DNA from: Chthoniobacteraceae bacterium
Lineage (GTDB): Bacteria > Verrucomicrobiota > Verrucomicrobiia > Chthoniobacterales > Chthoniobacteraceae
DNA length: 64,000 bases
NCBI GenBank assembly: GCA_037190965.1
Contig: JBBCKI010000001.1
Coordinates: forward strand, 1 to 64,000
Direction of reading: 5' to 3'
A program made the position numbers and the translations under genes. Each line of letters opens with the position of its first letter. Position 1 is the stretch's first letter. This document shows positions 18,174 to 26,974 of the stretch, in pieces. A model generated the notes under the pieces. That model was not told the origin of the DNA and ran no database searches. It saw only the letters and a program-made list of their open reading frames with translations.

Positions 18174-19732
18174 ACGGCAACGGGGGCCGAAGCGGATTTT
18201 CCGGCTGGCTGCGAGGCCCGTGGCCCCTCGCGATTCTCTTCTTTCTTTCCACGCTTTTTTTCACCACGCGCAACAATACCCTTCCGTTTTATTACGAGAA
18301 GGACGCGCATAGCAAGGTACGGCAGGTCGTCACCGGGGAGCGGAATTTCTTTCATCCGCTCCTCATGCTCAATTCGGCGGATGCCGTCTTGAGAGTGACG
18401 GGGATGGAGCGCACTCCGCAGAACGCGGTGATCGCGGGGCGCTGGTGCATCGCCACGTTTGCCTCGGTCGCCGTGGCCGCGTTCTCCATCCTTGCCTTCC
18501 GTCTGGGCGGGCGAGTGGCCTCAATCTGCGTGGGTGGGCTCTTGATGACCCACCCGCTGGTTTTCGAGCTGGCCCACTTCTTCAAGGAAGACCCGGCCCT
18601 GATGTTCGGGCTGGCGCTTTCGTTTCTCGCGATGCAGGTCTTCTGGGAGAAACGGACCACGCCCAACGCCGCCTTGCTGGGAGTCGCGTGTGCGTTGGCG
18701 ATTTCCGGCAAATATGTGGGCATCGCCGCGCTCTTGATGGCCATCATCCTGCTGATCATGACTCGCAAGGATGGCGCTCAAGGAGCCCGCTGGTTTGCGT
18801 TCCTCGGAGCCTTTGTCGGCACGCTCTCCGTCGTCAACTACCAGCTTGTCCTGCAAGTCTCCCAATTCTTTACCGGGTTCCAGACAGAAATGGCTGACCT
18901 GAGCCGTGAGGACAAGATCCACGAAATTCCCCGTATTGCGCAGACCTGGAACGCCCTCAAAGAAACAATCCCGCTGGCGTTCGCGTTTCTGATCGTGGCT
19001 CAGATCATCCACCACCTTCGTTCTTACCGGCACGAACCGGTCCGCTGGTTCCTGTTTCTCTACCCGATTATCTTCGTCAATATTCTCGTCTGGTCGCCGC
19101 GCCTCTTCACGCGCCACTTCCTGCCCATCGTCACCTTTGCCTGTGTGCTCGCAGGGCTGGCCATTCCGGTCGTCATCGGCGCCATTCTGAAGAAAACACG
19201 CCTGCCGAAGGCCCTGCTGCTGCCGCTCTCCCTCGCGGTTCTGGCACTGGTCTATCAGCAAGGCAGCCGCAAGAAACTGATCCAACACTACAAGGCATTT
19301 GAGAACCCCACCCGCGAGACGTTGATCGCAAAAATCACCAGCGAAATACCCGAGGATGCCGTCATCGCCTCGGACGCCCGTGTCTACCTGGTGGATCGCA
19401 ACGGCAACCCCCGCGAAAAACAGCCGGTGTCGCAAAGAGTCATCGTCCGGACGCGGCTTTCCGAATTCGGAAGCGTTGAGGCGCTCCGCGAAATGGGAGT
19501 GACCCACGTGGCCGCGCATTCCATCGATTCCCGAGCCCTTTTCGATAAAGATCGGAAAAAGAAAGAGCCCAAAGACGGCCAAGCCGACGAGGAAGCCATC
19601 CAAAAGGGGAAGAGAAACCCCGCGTTCTACCGGGAGTTGAAGGAACACACCAAGCTCCTCTGGCACTACAATGGGAAGGGAAATAGCTACATTACGCCGG
19701 GGCTGAAGTTCTACGAACTCTCCAAAGAGTAG
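18083..19732 (+). CDS. GT-C fold membrane glycosyltransferase (ArnT/PMT_2-like), paralog of 8263-9795; start uncertain
   Basis: Shared motifs N..P.YY..D...KV.Q, HPLLML, HPLVFELAHFFKED, ISGKY, PGL..Y.L. Confidence 0.8.
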   Translation: MRLRPKSDADQKEAACHDGCCSVADSNRAVDGNGGRSGFSGWLRGPWPLAILFFLSTLFFTTRNNTLPFYYEKDAHSKVRQVVTGERNFFHPLLMLNSADAVLRVTGMERTPQNAVIAGRWCIATFASVAVAAFSILAFRLGGRVASICVGGLLMTHPLVFELAHFFKEDPALMFGLALSFLAMQVFWEKRTTPNAALLGVACALAISGKYVGIAALLMAIILLIMTRKDGAQGARWFAFLGAFVGTLSVVNYQLVLQVSQFFTGFQTEMADLSREDKIHEIPRIAQTWNALKETIPLAFAFLIVAQIIHHLRSYRHEPVRWFLFLYPIIFVNILVWSPRLFTRHFLPIVTFACVLAGLAIPVVIGAILKKTRLPKALLLPLSLAVLALVYQQGSRKKLIQHYKAFENPTRETLIAKITSEIPEDAVIASDARVYLVDRNGNPREKQPVSQRVIVRTRLSEFGSVEALREMGVTHVAAHSIDSRALFDKDRKKKEPKDGQADEEAIQKGKRNPAFYRELKEHTKLLWHYNGKGNSYITPGLKFYELSKE

Positions 19733-19795
19733 CATCAGGCTCGCGTCGCGGGCGATGCGTGAGCCGAAAATGAGTTACCGACTCGAAGAATCAGA

Positions 19796-19958
19796 GGTAG
19801 CCCGCTCTCGCCGAGAGCGCGGGAAATGATTCTGAAACGCGTTTGGCATTCATCCCCGCAGGACCGGCCAAGGGGGTGTCGGGATGCGGCCCGAAGGAAG
19901 ACACGTGGGCCGATACCCGCGCTCGGCGGCGCGAGCGGACGACCGGTGCTGCCGCACC
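19796..19958 (-). repeat. REPIN family 1, copy 2
   Basis: GGTAGCCCGCTCTCGCCGAGAGCGCGGG ... CCCGCGCTCGGCGGCGCGAGCGG..gaccggtgctgccgcacc. Confidence 0.88.
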
Positions 19959-19964
19959 CACTGC

Positions 19965-20000
19965 AAAAAAATCCCGGCCTTTGACAGACCGGGATTTTTT
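19965..20000. terminator. Bidirectional intrinsic terminator
   Basis: aaaaaaatcccgg-loop-ccgggatttttt between convergent genes. Confidence 0.8.
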
Positions 20001-20032
20001 CCTGGGAAATCTTACGTCGTTTCGTCGCCCGC

Positions 20033-20773
20033 CTACTTCAGCAACGATGCCGAGTCGGGATCCAGATAGATCGTCGTCTCGGAGTGCTGTTGGAGAATCG
20101 AGGAAGGCACCAGATTGGTAACCGGCCCCTGCAAGCTCTCCTGCACCGCCTTGGCCTTGCGGGCGTCGGGCACACTCAGAATGATCGCTCGGGCCTCGAG
20201 GATCTGCCGGATCGACATCGAAATCGCCTGCTTGGGAACGTCGTCAAAGGTCGGGAACCAGCCTTCGCCGAACTGCTGTTTGCGGCAGGCTTCATCAAGG
20301 TTGACGACGAGGTAAGCCTCTTCGGTTTCGAAGTCGGCGGGCGGATCGTTAAAAGCGAGGTGAGCGTTCTCGCCGATCCCGGCAAAACAGACGTCGATGG
20401 GAGATTTGGCGATCAGTTCACCCAGGCGGCAGCATTCGGCCTGCGGCTCTTCATCCCCACCGACGTAATGAAAGGCGCGCAGGGGGCGCGGCAACTGGCG
20501 CTGAAAGCGATCCCAGAGATAGGCACGGAAGGAGGCGGGGTGCGTGATCGGCAGGCCGATATATTCATCAAGATGGAAAGCGGTGACCTTCTCCCAGGCG
20601 ATGTCTTCCTTGATCAGCTCCTTGAGCATTTCGAACTGAGACGCGCCCGTGGCGACGATGATGTTAGCGACGCCGTTTTTCGCAATGGCTTCGCGGATGA
20701 GGCGGGCTCCATGAGTGGCGGCTGCCTTTCCGGCGGCAACCTTGTCCGGACTGATTTCAATTTTAATCGGCAT
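20033..20773 (-). CDS. nagB: Glucosamine-6-phosphate deaminase
   Basis: VATGASQ, FHLDEYIG, HPASF, GIGENAHLAFNDP, AISMSI, PSSILQ.H. Confidence 0.92.
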   Translation of the reverse strand: MPIKIEISPDKVAAGKAAATHGARLIREAIAKNGVANIIVATGASQFEMLKELIKEDIAWEKVTAFHLDEYIGLPITHPASFRAYLWDRFQRQLPRPLRAFHYVGGDEEPQAECCRLGELIAKSPIDVCFAGIGENAHLAFNDPPADFETEEAYLVVNLDEACRKQQFGEGWFPTFDDVPKQAISMSIRQILEARAIILSVPDARKAKAVQESLQGPVTNLVPSSILQQHSETTIYLDPDSASLLK

Positions 20774-20803
20774 GGGGTGACGGTATAGAGCTCAAAAATT
20801 AGA

Positions 20804-20817
20804 TTGTCACGTGATAA
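20804..20817. promoter_or_regulatory. Candidate LacI-type operator between divergent nagB and nagA
   Basis: TTGTCACGTGATAA near-palindrome with central CG. Confidence 0.45.
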
Positions 20818-20842
20818 ATCTTCGGGCATTTCAATTTTACCC

Positions 20843-21970
20843 ATGAGCGCTCTCCATCTCCTGCACCTCGTCGACTCTGCCTCCGATCATGGCGAGATTC
20901 TCGCCCGCCATTATAAAACCGGCGAAGGAACCCGGGTGACCTGGAAGGACGGGCGCATTGTCAGCGTAGAGCCCGCCTCCATTCCCGCCGATGCCCCGTG
21001 GATCGCGCCCGCGCTGGTCGATGTTCAGGTCAACGGTTACGCGGGCATCGATTTCCAGGCTGACTCAACCGACGAGGAGTCGTTGCTCAAAGTCGTCCGC
21101 GCTTTGCGCCGCGACGGTTGCGCGAGGGTGCTGCTCACGGTGATCACGCGGAACTGGCCTTGCCTGCTGGAGAACCTCAAGCGGCTGAAGACGATCCGCG
21201 ACGGCAACCCCGAACTGGCCCGCACCCTCTTCGGCTGGCACGTGGAAGGCCCGTTCATTTCCGGCGAGCCGGGGTTCATCGGCGCGCATCCTCCCGATGC
21301 CGTGTGCGATCCCTCCGAAGAAGCGATTTCGGAACTCAAGGCGGTGGTAGGCAACGATCCGACGCTTCTGACGCTCGCCCCGGAGCGGACCGGCTCCGAA
21401 GCGGCGATCCGCAAGGCGCGGGAACTCGGCTTCGTTGTCAGTCTTGGGCACACCAATGCCTCGAAGGCGGAAGTAAAAAGCGCCGTGCAGGCGGGCGCGC
21501 AGGGGTTCACCCACCTCGGCAACGGCTGTCCGCAGCAACTCGACCGCCATGACAACATCCTCTGGCGTGTTTTGGACGATAGCGGCCTGACGGCGGGCCT
21601 GATTCCCGACACGCACCATGTCAACCCGCAGGTCTTCCGCCTCTTCCACAAACTGCTGCCTGAAGAGAAAATCTATTGGACCACCGACGCCATGTCGGGA
21701 GCGGGCGCGCCTCCCGGGCTTTACTCAATCGGGCGTCTCCAGGTCGAGGTGGGCGAGGACCGCGTCGCCCGGCAGCCCGGCAAGCAGAACTTCGCGGGGT
21801 CCGCCCTGGAGCCGTTGCGCGGCATCACGCTGGGGGCCGGGATGCTCGGGAAACCGTGGCAAAGCGTATGGGATCATTTCTCAGTCATTCCGTCGCGCCT
21901 GATGGGGCAAAACGTGTCTTTGGAGCCCGGCGGCGAAGCTGCTTTTTGCCTTTTGAAAGAGGGAATCTAG
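20843..21970 (+). CDS. nagA: N-acetylglucosamine-6-phosphate deacetylase
   Basis: DVQVNG, HVEGPF, TLAPE, SLGHT, THLGNG, D..H, TDAM, FAGS. Confidence 0.9.
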   Translation: MSALHLLHLVDSASDHGEILARHYKTGEGTRVTWKDGRIVSVEPASIPADAPWIAPALVDVQVNGYAGIDFQADSTDEESLLKVVRALRRDGCARVLLTVITRNWPCLLENLKRLKTIRDGNPELARTLFGWHVEGPFISGEPGFIGAHPPDAVCDPSEEAISELKAVVGNDPTLLTLAPERTGSEAAIRKARELGFVVSLGHTNASKAEVKSAVQAGAQGFTHLGNGCPQQLDRHDNILWRVLDDSGLTAGLIPDTHHVNPQVFRLFHKLLPEEKIYWTTDAMSGAGAPPGLYSIGRLQVEVGEDRVARQPGKQNFAGSALEPLRGITLGAGMLGKPWQSVWDHFSVIPSRLMGQNVSLEPGGEAAFCLLKEGI

Positions 21971-22013
21971 CGGCTAAAGTGGCGATTCAGCCCCATTGCC
22001 ATCGCCATCCCTA

Positions 22014-23138
22014 ATGCCAAAAATCACGCAACATCAACTGGCCCGGCAGCTTGGCGTCTCGCGTTCCACGGTGGCGGCGGCGCTCAATCCCGCTTCGACC
22101 ATCAAGCTGAACGAGGAGACGCGCCAACGGATTATTGAAACGGCGGAGCGCCTCAACTACCGGCCCGACCGTTATGCCCGGGTGATGCGCGGAGGCCGCA
22201 GCGGGCTGATCGGGATTCTTCACTTCGGCGGCCTGCTCCAGGTGGCGGCGGAACGCGCCTGCCATGCCGCGGACGCGGTGCGCCGGGAGAACTACGAAGT
22301 CGTCGCCACCGATCTTTCCTGGGCTTCCGAGTCGGTGAAGGCGGCCTGCTCCTCGCTGCTGGACGCGCGGGTGGAGGGAGTCATCGTCGCGGGAATGAAC
22401 ACCCCCGGGGCGGTGATCGATCTGGAACGACTGCGGCTGGCGAACATCCCCGTGGTCACGCTGAGCGGCAATCCGCTCCCCTGGGCCCCCCATTTTCGCG
22501 GGGATACGCGGCAGGGCATTCACGATCTCACCCGGCACCTCATCGGCCTCGGGCATCGGAGGCTCTCCCTGCTCACTCATATTTCTCCAAGCCCGGAAGA
22601 TCGCGGCACCTATGTCTGGGCGAGCAAGGAACGACGGTGCGGATTTGAGGCGGGGCTCAAGGAGGCTGGCGGCGCGCTGGTGGCAGATTTTCACTCGGCC
22701 CGGAAAACCACCGGCCCGCTCGGGATCGTCTCTCCTTTGGAGTTACCCCGGGATGCATTCGACCCGTTCCTGCCCGGAGAGGAAGGGATGCGCGGCATCC
22801 TGCAAAACCCGGTGCGTCCCACTGCGGTGCTTTGCAGCAATGACGAGATCGCCTTCGGCGCGCTCCAGGCGTGTCGCACCGCCGGGGTTGCCGTGCCGAA
22901 GGAAATGGCGCTGACGGGGTACGATGACATCGCGCTCAGCAAATATTGCGACGTGCCGTTCACCACCGTCAGGCAACCCAACCGGGCCATGGCGGATGCC
23001 GCCGTGCGAATGCTGCTGAGGTTGATCGCGGGAGAAAAAATCGCACAGAAAGAACGGCTTCAGCTCTTCCCGTGCGATGTCATTCTGCGCGCTTCCAGTC
23101 ATTCAAAACCAAGCCCCGTGAACGAAGTCTCCCAATGA
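22014..23138 (+). CDS. LacI family transcription regulator
   Basis: TQHQLARQLGVSRSTV..AL, LNYRP, CSNDEIAFG, GYDD, TTVRQP. Confidence 0.92.
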   Translation: MPKITQHQLARQLGVSRSTVAAALNPASTIKLNEETRQRIIETAERLNYRPDRYARVMRGGRSGLIGILHFGGLLQVAAERACHAADAVRRENYEVVATDLSWASESVKAACSSLLDARVEGVIVAGMNTPGAVIDLERLRLANIPVVTLSGNPLPWAPHFRGDTRQGIHDLTRHLIGLGHRRLSLLTHISPSPEDRGTYVWASKERRCGFEAGLKEAGGALVADFHSARKTTGPLGIVSPLELPRDAFDPFLPGEEGMRGILQNPVRPTAVLCSNDEIAFGALQACRTAGVAVPKEMALTGYDDIALSKYCDVPFTTVRQPNRAMADAAVRMLLRLIAGEKIAQKERLQLFPCDVILRASSHSKPSPVNEVSQ

Positions 23139-23767
23139 TTGAACTGTTCTTAAAAGGCGGCCTGATGATGTGGCCCATCCTGGCGGCCTCGCTCATCGCC
23201 CTCACGGTGGTCATCGAGCGGCTGATCTTCGTCGTCCAGGAAAAGCTCCGGCGGCAGCCCGAGGTGGTGGGCGAAATCCTCGCCCGCGTGGAACGCAACG
23301 ACCTTGCCGGGGCGATCAGCGCGGGGCGTGGCTCCCGGGATTTCATTGCCCGGACTCTCCTCTACGCGTTGGAGCATCGCGAACGCTCCGTCTCCGAGGC
23401 CCTCCTGCGCGCGGCGAGCCGGGAGCTTCAACGGTACAACCGGGGGCTTTCGATCCTCGACACGATCATCACTCTCGCGCCGTTGCTGGGCTTGCTCGGC
23501 ACTGTGACCGGGATGATCCACTCCTTCAGCCTGCTGGGCGGCGCGGAACTCGGCGCGCCACAGGCGATCACCGGGGGGATTGCGGAAGCGTTGATCGCCA
23601 CCGCCTTCGGCCTGGGAGTCACGGTTCTTGCGTTGGTTCCCTTCAACTCCCTCAACGCCGTGATGGAGAAAGCGCGCCATGACGTTCAGGACGCCGCCTC
23701 GCACGTCGAATTGTACCTGGCCCGGCGGCCTGCGGAGACGTTCCAGCACGAGGAGGGACGCCGTTGA
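23135..23767 (+). CDS. exbB: ExbB/TolQ/MotA proton channel
   Basis: GG.MMWPI, LDTIITLAPLLGLLGTVTGMI, GGIAEALIATAFGL. ATGA overlap with the LacI gene. Confidence 0.92.
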   Translation: MIELFLKGGLMMWPILAASLIALTVVIERLIFVVQEKLRRQPEVVGEILARVERNDLAGAISAGRGSRDFIARTLLYALEHRERSVSEALLRAASRELQRYNRGLSILDTIITLAPLLGLLGTVTGMIHSFSLLGGAELGAPQAITGGIAEALIATAFGLGVTVLALVPFNSLNAVMEKARHDVQDAASHVELYLARRPAETFQHEEGRR

Positions 23768-24171
23768 ACATCCCCTCCCCTCGGGCAGGACGGCGGGCGC
23801 GGATCGAAATCATCCCGCTCATCGACATCATTTTCTTCCTGCTGGCGACGTTTGTGATGGTCTCCCTTTCGATGGTCAAAAACGAGGGAATTGGCGTCAA
23901 TCTTCCTGTCGCCTCAACCTCCGCTCCGCAGGAACGCGCCGACTACACCGCCATTACCGTCACCGAAGCGGGCGACTTCTATTTCAACAAGGAGACGGTG
24001 ACTCTGGAAGAGCTGGTGGCGAAGTTGAAGACCCTCAAGGAAAATGAGGCCGACCCGAGGGTGTTCATCAACGGCGATCAGAAGGCGGAATTCGGAAAGG
24101 CGGTCGCCGTGCTCGACGAAGTGAGGAAGCTCGGCATCGCCAAGGTGTCTATCGAAACACGGAGCCGATGA
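23764..24171 (+). CDS. exbD: ExbD/TolR biopolymer transporter
   Basis: IEIIPLIDIIFFLLATFVM, VNLP, VFINGD. Confidence 0.92.
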   Translation: MNIPSPRAGRRARIEIIPLIDIIFFLLATFVMVSLSMVKNEGIGVNLPVASTSAPQERADYTAITVTEAGDFYFNKETVTLEELVAKLKTLKENEADPRVFINGDQKAEFGKAVAVLDEVRKLGIAKVSIETRSR

Positions 24172-24191
24172 CCCCATGACCCCATGACCCC
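24168..24191 (+). repeat. (ATGACCCC)x3 tandem repeat at the exbD stop / tonB start
   Basis: Units at 24168, 24176 and 24184. Confidence 0.9.
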
Positions 24192-24945
24192 TCAAAGCGG
24201 CTATGCCCTCGGGCTTCTTTCGGCCACCGCCATCCACGCGGCGCTGCTTTTCGGGTTCGGCCCCGGGGAAAATCTCACGCCGCCGGAGTTCGGGATCGAA
24301 GCCGCTCCGCCCGGAGTGGAAGTAACGCTCGTGGCCGCGCTTCCTGCGGAAGAACCTGCGGCGGCTGAACCTGAACAGGCACCTGAAGCTCCCGAGGAAG
24401 TTCCCCCTCTTGAGCCGGAACCGATCCCTGAAACAATCTCGGAGCCGACCCCGGCACCCATCCCGGAACTGCCAGCCCCCCCAACAGAGCCTGAACTGGT
24501 CGAGCCTTCCCCGCCCCCTCCCTCACCGGCTCCCTCGCACCCTTCCCCTCCCCAACCGACCAAACGCGTCACACCAAAACCAAGCAAAGCCGCCGTCTCG
24601 GGAGACGGCGGTTCCGCGCGTCCCGGGAACGACGCGATTACCGCCAATGCATCCTCGGGAGGATTTTCCGCCCAGGCCGGCTACCTCCGCAACCCTCACC
24701 CCGCCTACCCGGAGGAGGCCCGCCGGGCCGGACAACAGGGCGTGGTTCTTCTAAAGGTCGCGGTCAACGAACGGGGGCGCGTGACGGCAGTGACGGTCGC
24801 CCGATCCTCGGGGCATCCCCTTTTGGATGAACGGGCTTCCAGTACCGTGAGGGAGCGCTGGGTTTTTAAGCCCGCGCGAAGGGGGAATACCCCCGTACCG
24901 GCAGAAGTGACCGTACCGGTGCGGTTCACTCTGGAAAATCGTTGA
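24184..24945 (+). CDS. tonB: TonB energy transducer
   Basis: TM with S...H motif, Pro/Glu-rich linker, C-terminal P.YP..ARR.G.QG.V, SSGH.LLD, W.FKPA. Confidence 0.92.
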   Translation: MTPQSGYALGLLSATAIHAALLFGFGPGENLTPPEFGIEAAPPGVEVTLVAALPAEEPAAAEPEQAPEAPEEVPPLEPEPIPETISEPTPAPIPELPAPPTEPELVEPSPPPPSPAPSHPSPPQPTKRVTPKPSKAAVSGDGGSARPGNDAITANASSGGFSAQAGYLRNPHPAYPEEARRAGQQGVVLLKVAVNERGRVTAVTVARSSGHPLLDERASSTVRERWVFKPARRGNTPVPAEVTVPVRFTLENR

Positions 24946-25030
24946 GAGCCAATGCGGCAGTTTTTATCTTATCCGGCAAAAACCGCTTGCGCCGGGGGCC
25001 GGGCAGGGGCAGGCTTCGCCGGCTTCCTCT

Positions 25031-26083
25031 ATGCGCGGCCTATTTACCTTTCTGATCTTAGCCCTCTTTGCGGGACGCGCGCTCGCCGTTGGCGAATGGA
25101 AAATCGTTAAACGCGATGGCAGGGACTATGTGCCCCTGGAAAATGTCGGAAAATTTTATCAACTGGGTCCAATTCAGACCGTGGGGAGCGGGTTTACCCT
25201 TCGCACACAACACCGAAGCCTGCGGGGGCAGCGGGGCTCCAAGGAGTTGTACATCAACAACCTGAAGTTCATCCTGAGCTATCCGATCCTCGATGGCGGC
25301 GGTCAACTCCTCGTCTCCCGGATGGACCTGACGAAACTGATCGAGCCGGTGATGCGCCCCAGCCGGATCACCAGCGACGCAAAAGTCACCACGGTGGTCC
25401 TTGACGCGGGCCATGGCGGTCACGATCACGGGGCGAAATGCGTTTTCGGGCGGGAGAAAGATTTTACCCTGGATGTCGCGCTACGCACCCGGGCGCTGCT
25501 TCAGGCAGCGGGATTCCGGGTGGTCATGACCCGGTCCACGGATGTCTTCATCCCGCTCGAAGAGAGAGCCCGCATCGCCAACCGCCACCAGAACGCGCTT
25601 TTCATCTCGATCCATTTCAATTCCAGCGGCAATGCGGCCACCGGGCTGGAAACCTACACGCTCGCCCCGCGCGGCGTCCCGTCGATGGCGGCTGACGGCC
25701 CGATGCTTTCGGATTATTCCCCGTGCCCCGGCAATGTCCGCGACACGGAGAACATCGCGCTCGCCTGCGCCACCCATGCCGCGCTGGTTTATAACTCGAA
25801 GATGTTTGACCGGGGGATCAAACGCGCGCGGTTCGTGGTCATCCGCGACAGCATCATTCCCGGCGTCCTGATCGAGGGGGGATTCCTGAGCAACCCGAAC
25901 GACGCCCGCCGCATCGCCACCCCGGCCTATCGCCAACAGATGGCGGGCTCCATTCTTCAGGCCGTGCAGAACTATCGCAACGCCGTTGGCGGCCCGCGCC
26001 CGCGCCTTCCGGTCGTCTCCGTCGAATCCTCCACAAAGCCTTCGGAACCGGTTGTCATCACGCCGACCACGGCCACACAATAA
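25031..26083 (+). CDS. N-acetylmuramoyl-L-alanine amidase (Amidase_3)
   Basis: Signal peptide; VLDAGHGG.D.GA, EK, MTR..D.FI.L..R, FISIHFN, LIEGGFLSN. Confidence 0.93.
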   Translation: MRGLFTFLILALFAGRALAVGEWKIVKRDGRDYVPLENVGKFYQLGPIQTVGSGFTLRTQHRSLRGQRGSKELYINNLKFILSYPILDGGGQLLVSRMDLTKLIEPVMRPSRITSDAKVTTVVLDAGHGGHDHGAKCVFGREKDFTLDVALRTRALLQAAGFRVVMTRSTDVFIPLEERARIANRHQNALFISIHFNSSGNAATGLETYTLAPRGVPSMAADGPMLSDYSPCPGNVRDTENIALACATHAALVYNSKMFDRGIKRARFVVIRDSIIPGVLIEGGFLSNPNDARRIATPAYRQQMAGSILQAVQNYRNAVGGPRPRLPVVSVESSTKPSEPVVITPTTATQ

Positions 26084-26089
26084 TTCCCC

Positions 26090-26947
26090 ATGTCTTCCCG
26101 AATGACCGATCTCCCAGGTATCCCCCGAATCTGGACCGGCAAACAGCCGATCGGGGTTTTTGATTCCGGCATTGGCGGGCTGACGGTGGCCGCCGCGCTC
26201 CGCGCGTTGCTCCCCCAGGAAAATATCTTCTACATTGGCGACACGGCGCGCGTCCCGTACGGCGGCAAGAGCCAGTCGACCATCGAACGGTATTCCCAGG
26301 AGATCAGCGAAATGCTCCTGGCCGAGAGCGCGAAGATGATCGTCGTTGCCTGCAACACGGCTTCCGCGCTGGCGATCCCCAAGCTGCACCAATCCCTGGA
26401 AGTCCCGGTAACTGGGGTGATCCTCCCGGGGGCAAAGGCCGCCGTGGCCGCCACCCGCAACGGCCATGTCGGGGTGATCGGCACGCGCGGCACGATCCGC
26501 AGCGGCGCCTACGAACGGGCGATCCAGACGCTGGCCCCGGAGGTCCGCGTGACCAGCCAGGCCTGCCCGATGCTGGTTCCCGCCATCGAGGAAGGATGGC
26601 TCGATGATAAGATCACCGGCACGATCATCGCCCGATATCTCGATGATCTGGTGGAATCGGGCATCGACACCCTCGTGCTCGGCTGCACTCACTATCCCCT
26701 GCTCAAACCGGCGCTCACCCGGTTCCTTGGCGACTCGATCGCGCTGGTCGATTCCGCCGCAAATTGCGCGCTGGCCGTTCGGCATCTTTTGGAGCAATAT
26801 TCCATCGCTGCTCCCGCCGGGCAGGAGGGGACTTTGAAAGTGGCGTTGACCGACGCCTCCGACGGCTTCCTGCCGGTGGCGGAACGGGCGCTTGGGCTGA
26901 AAGTGGGCCGGGTGCGCGTTCTCGGGATGCCCTCCACGGCAGCCTGA
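26090..26947 (+). CDS. murI: Glutamate racemase
   Basis: IGVFDSGIGGLTV, GDTARVPYG, VACNTASA, LGCTHYP. Confidence 0.96.
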   Translation: MSSRMTDLPGIPRIWTGKQPIGVFDSGIGGLTVAAALRALLPQENIFYIGDTARVPYGGKSQSTIERYSQEISEMLLAESAKMIVVACNTASALAIPKLHQSLEVPVTGVILPGAKAAVAATRNGHVGVIGTRGTIRSGAYERAIQTLAPEVRVTSQACPMLVPAIEEGWLDDKITGTIIARYLDDLVESGIDTLVLGCTHYPLLKPALTRFLGDSIALVDSAANCALAVRHLLEQYSIAAPAGQEGTLKVALTDASDGFLPVAERALGLKVGRVRVLGMPSTAA

Positions 26948-26974
26948 TTCATCCCCGCACCTTACCTGCCACCC

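Noticed and set aside
25481..26797. 438 aa minus-strand ORF
   Set aside because: Antisense shadow of the amidase and murI.
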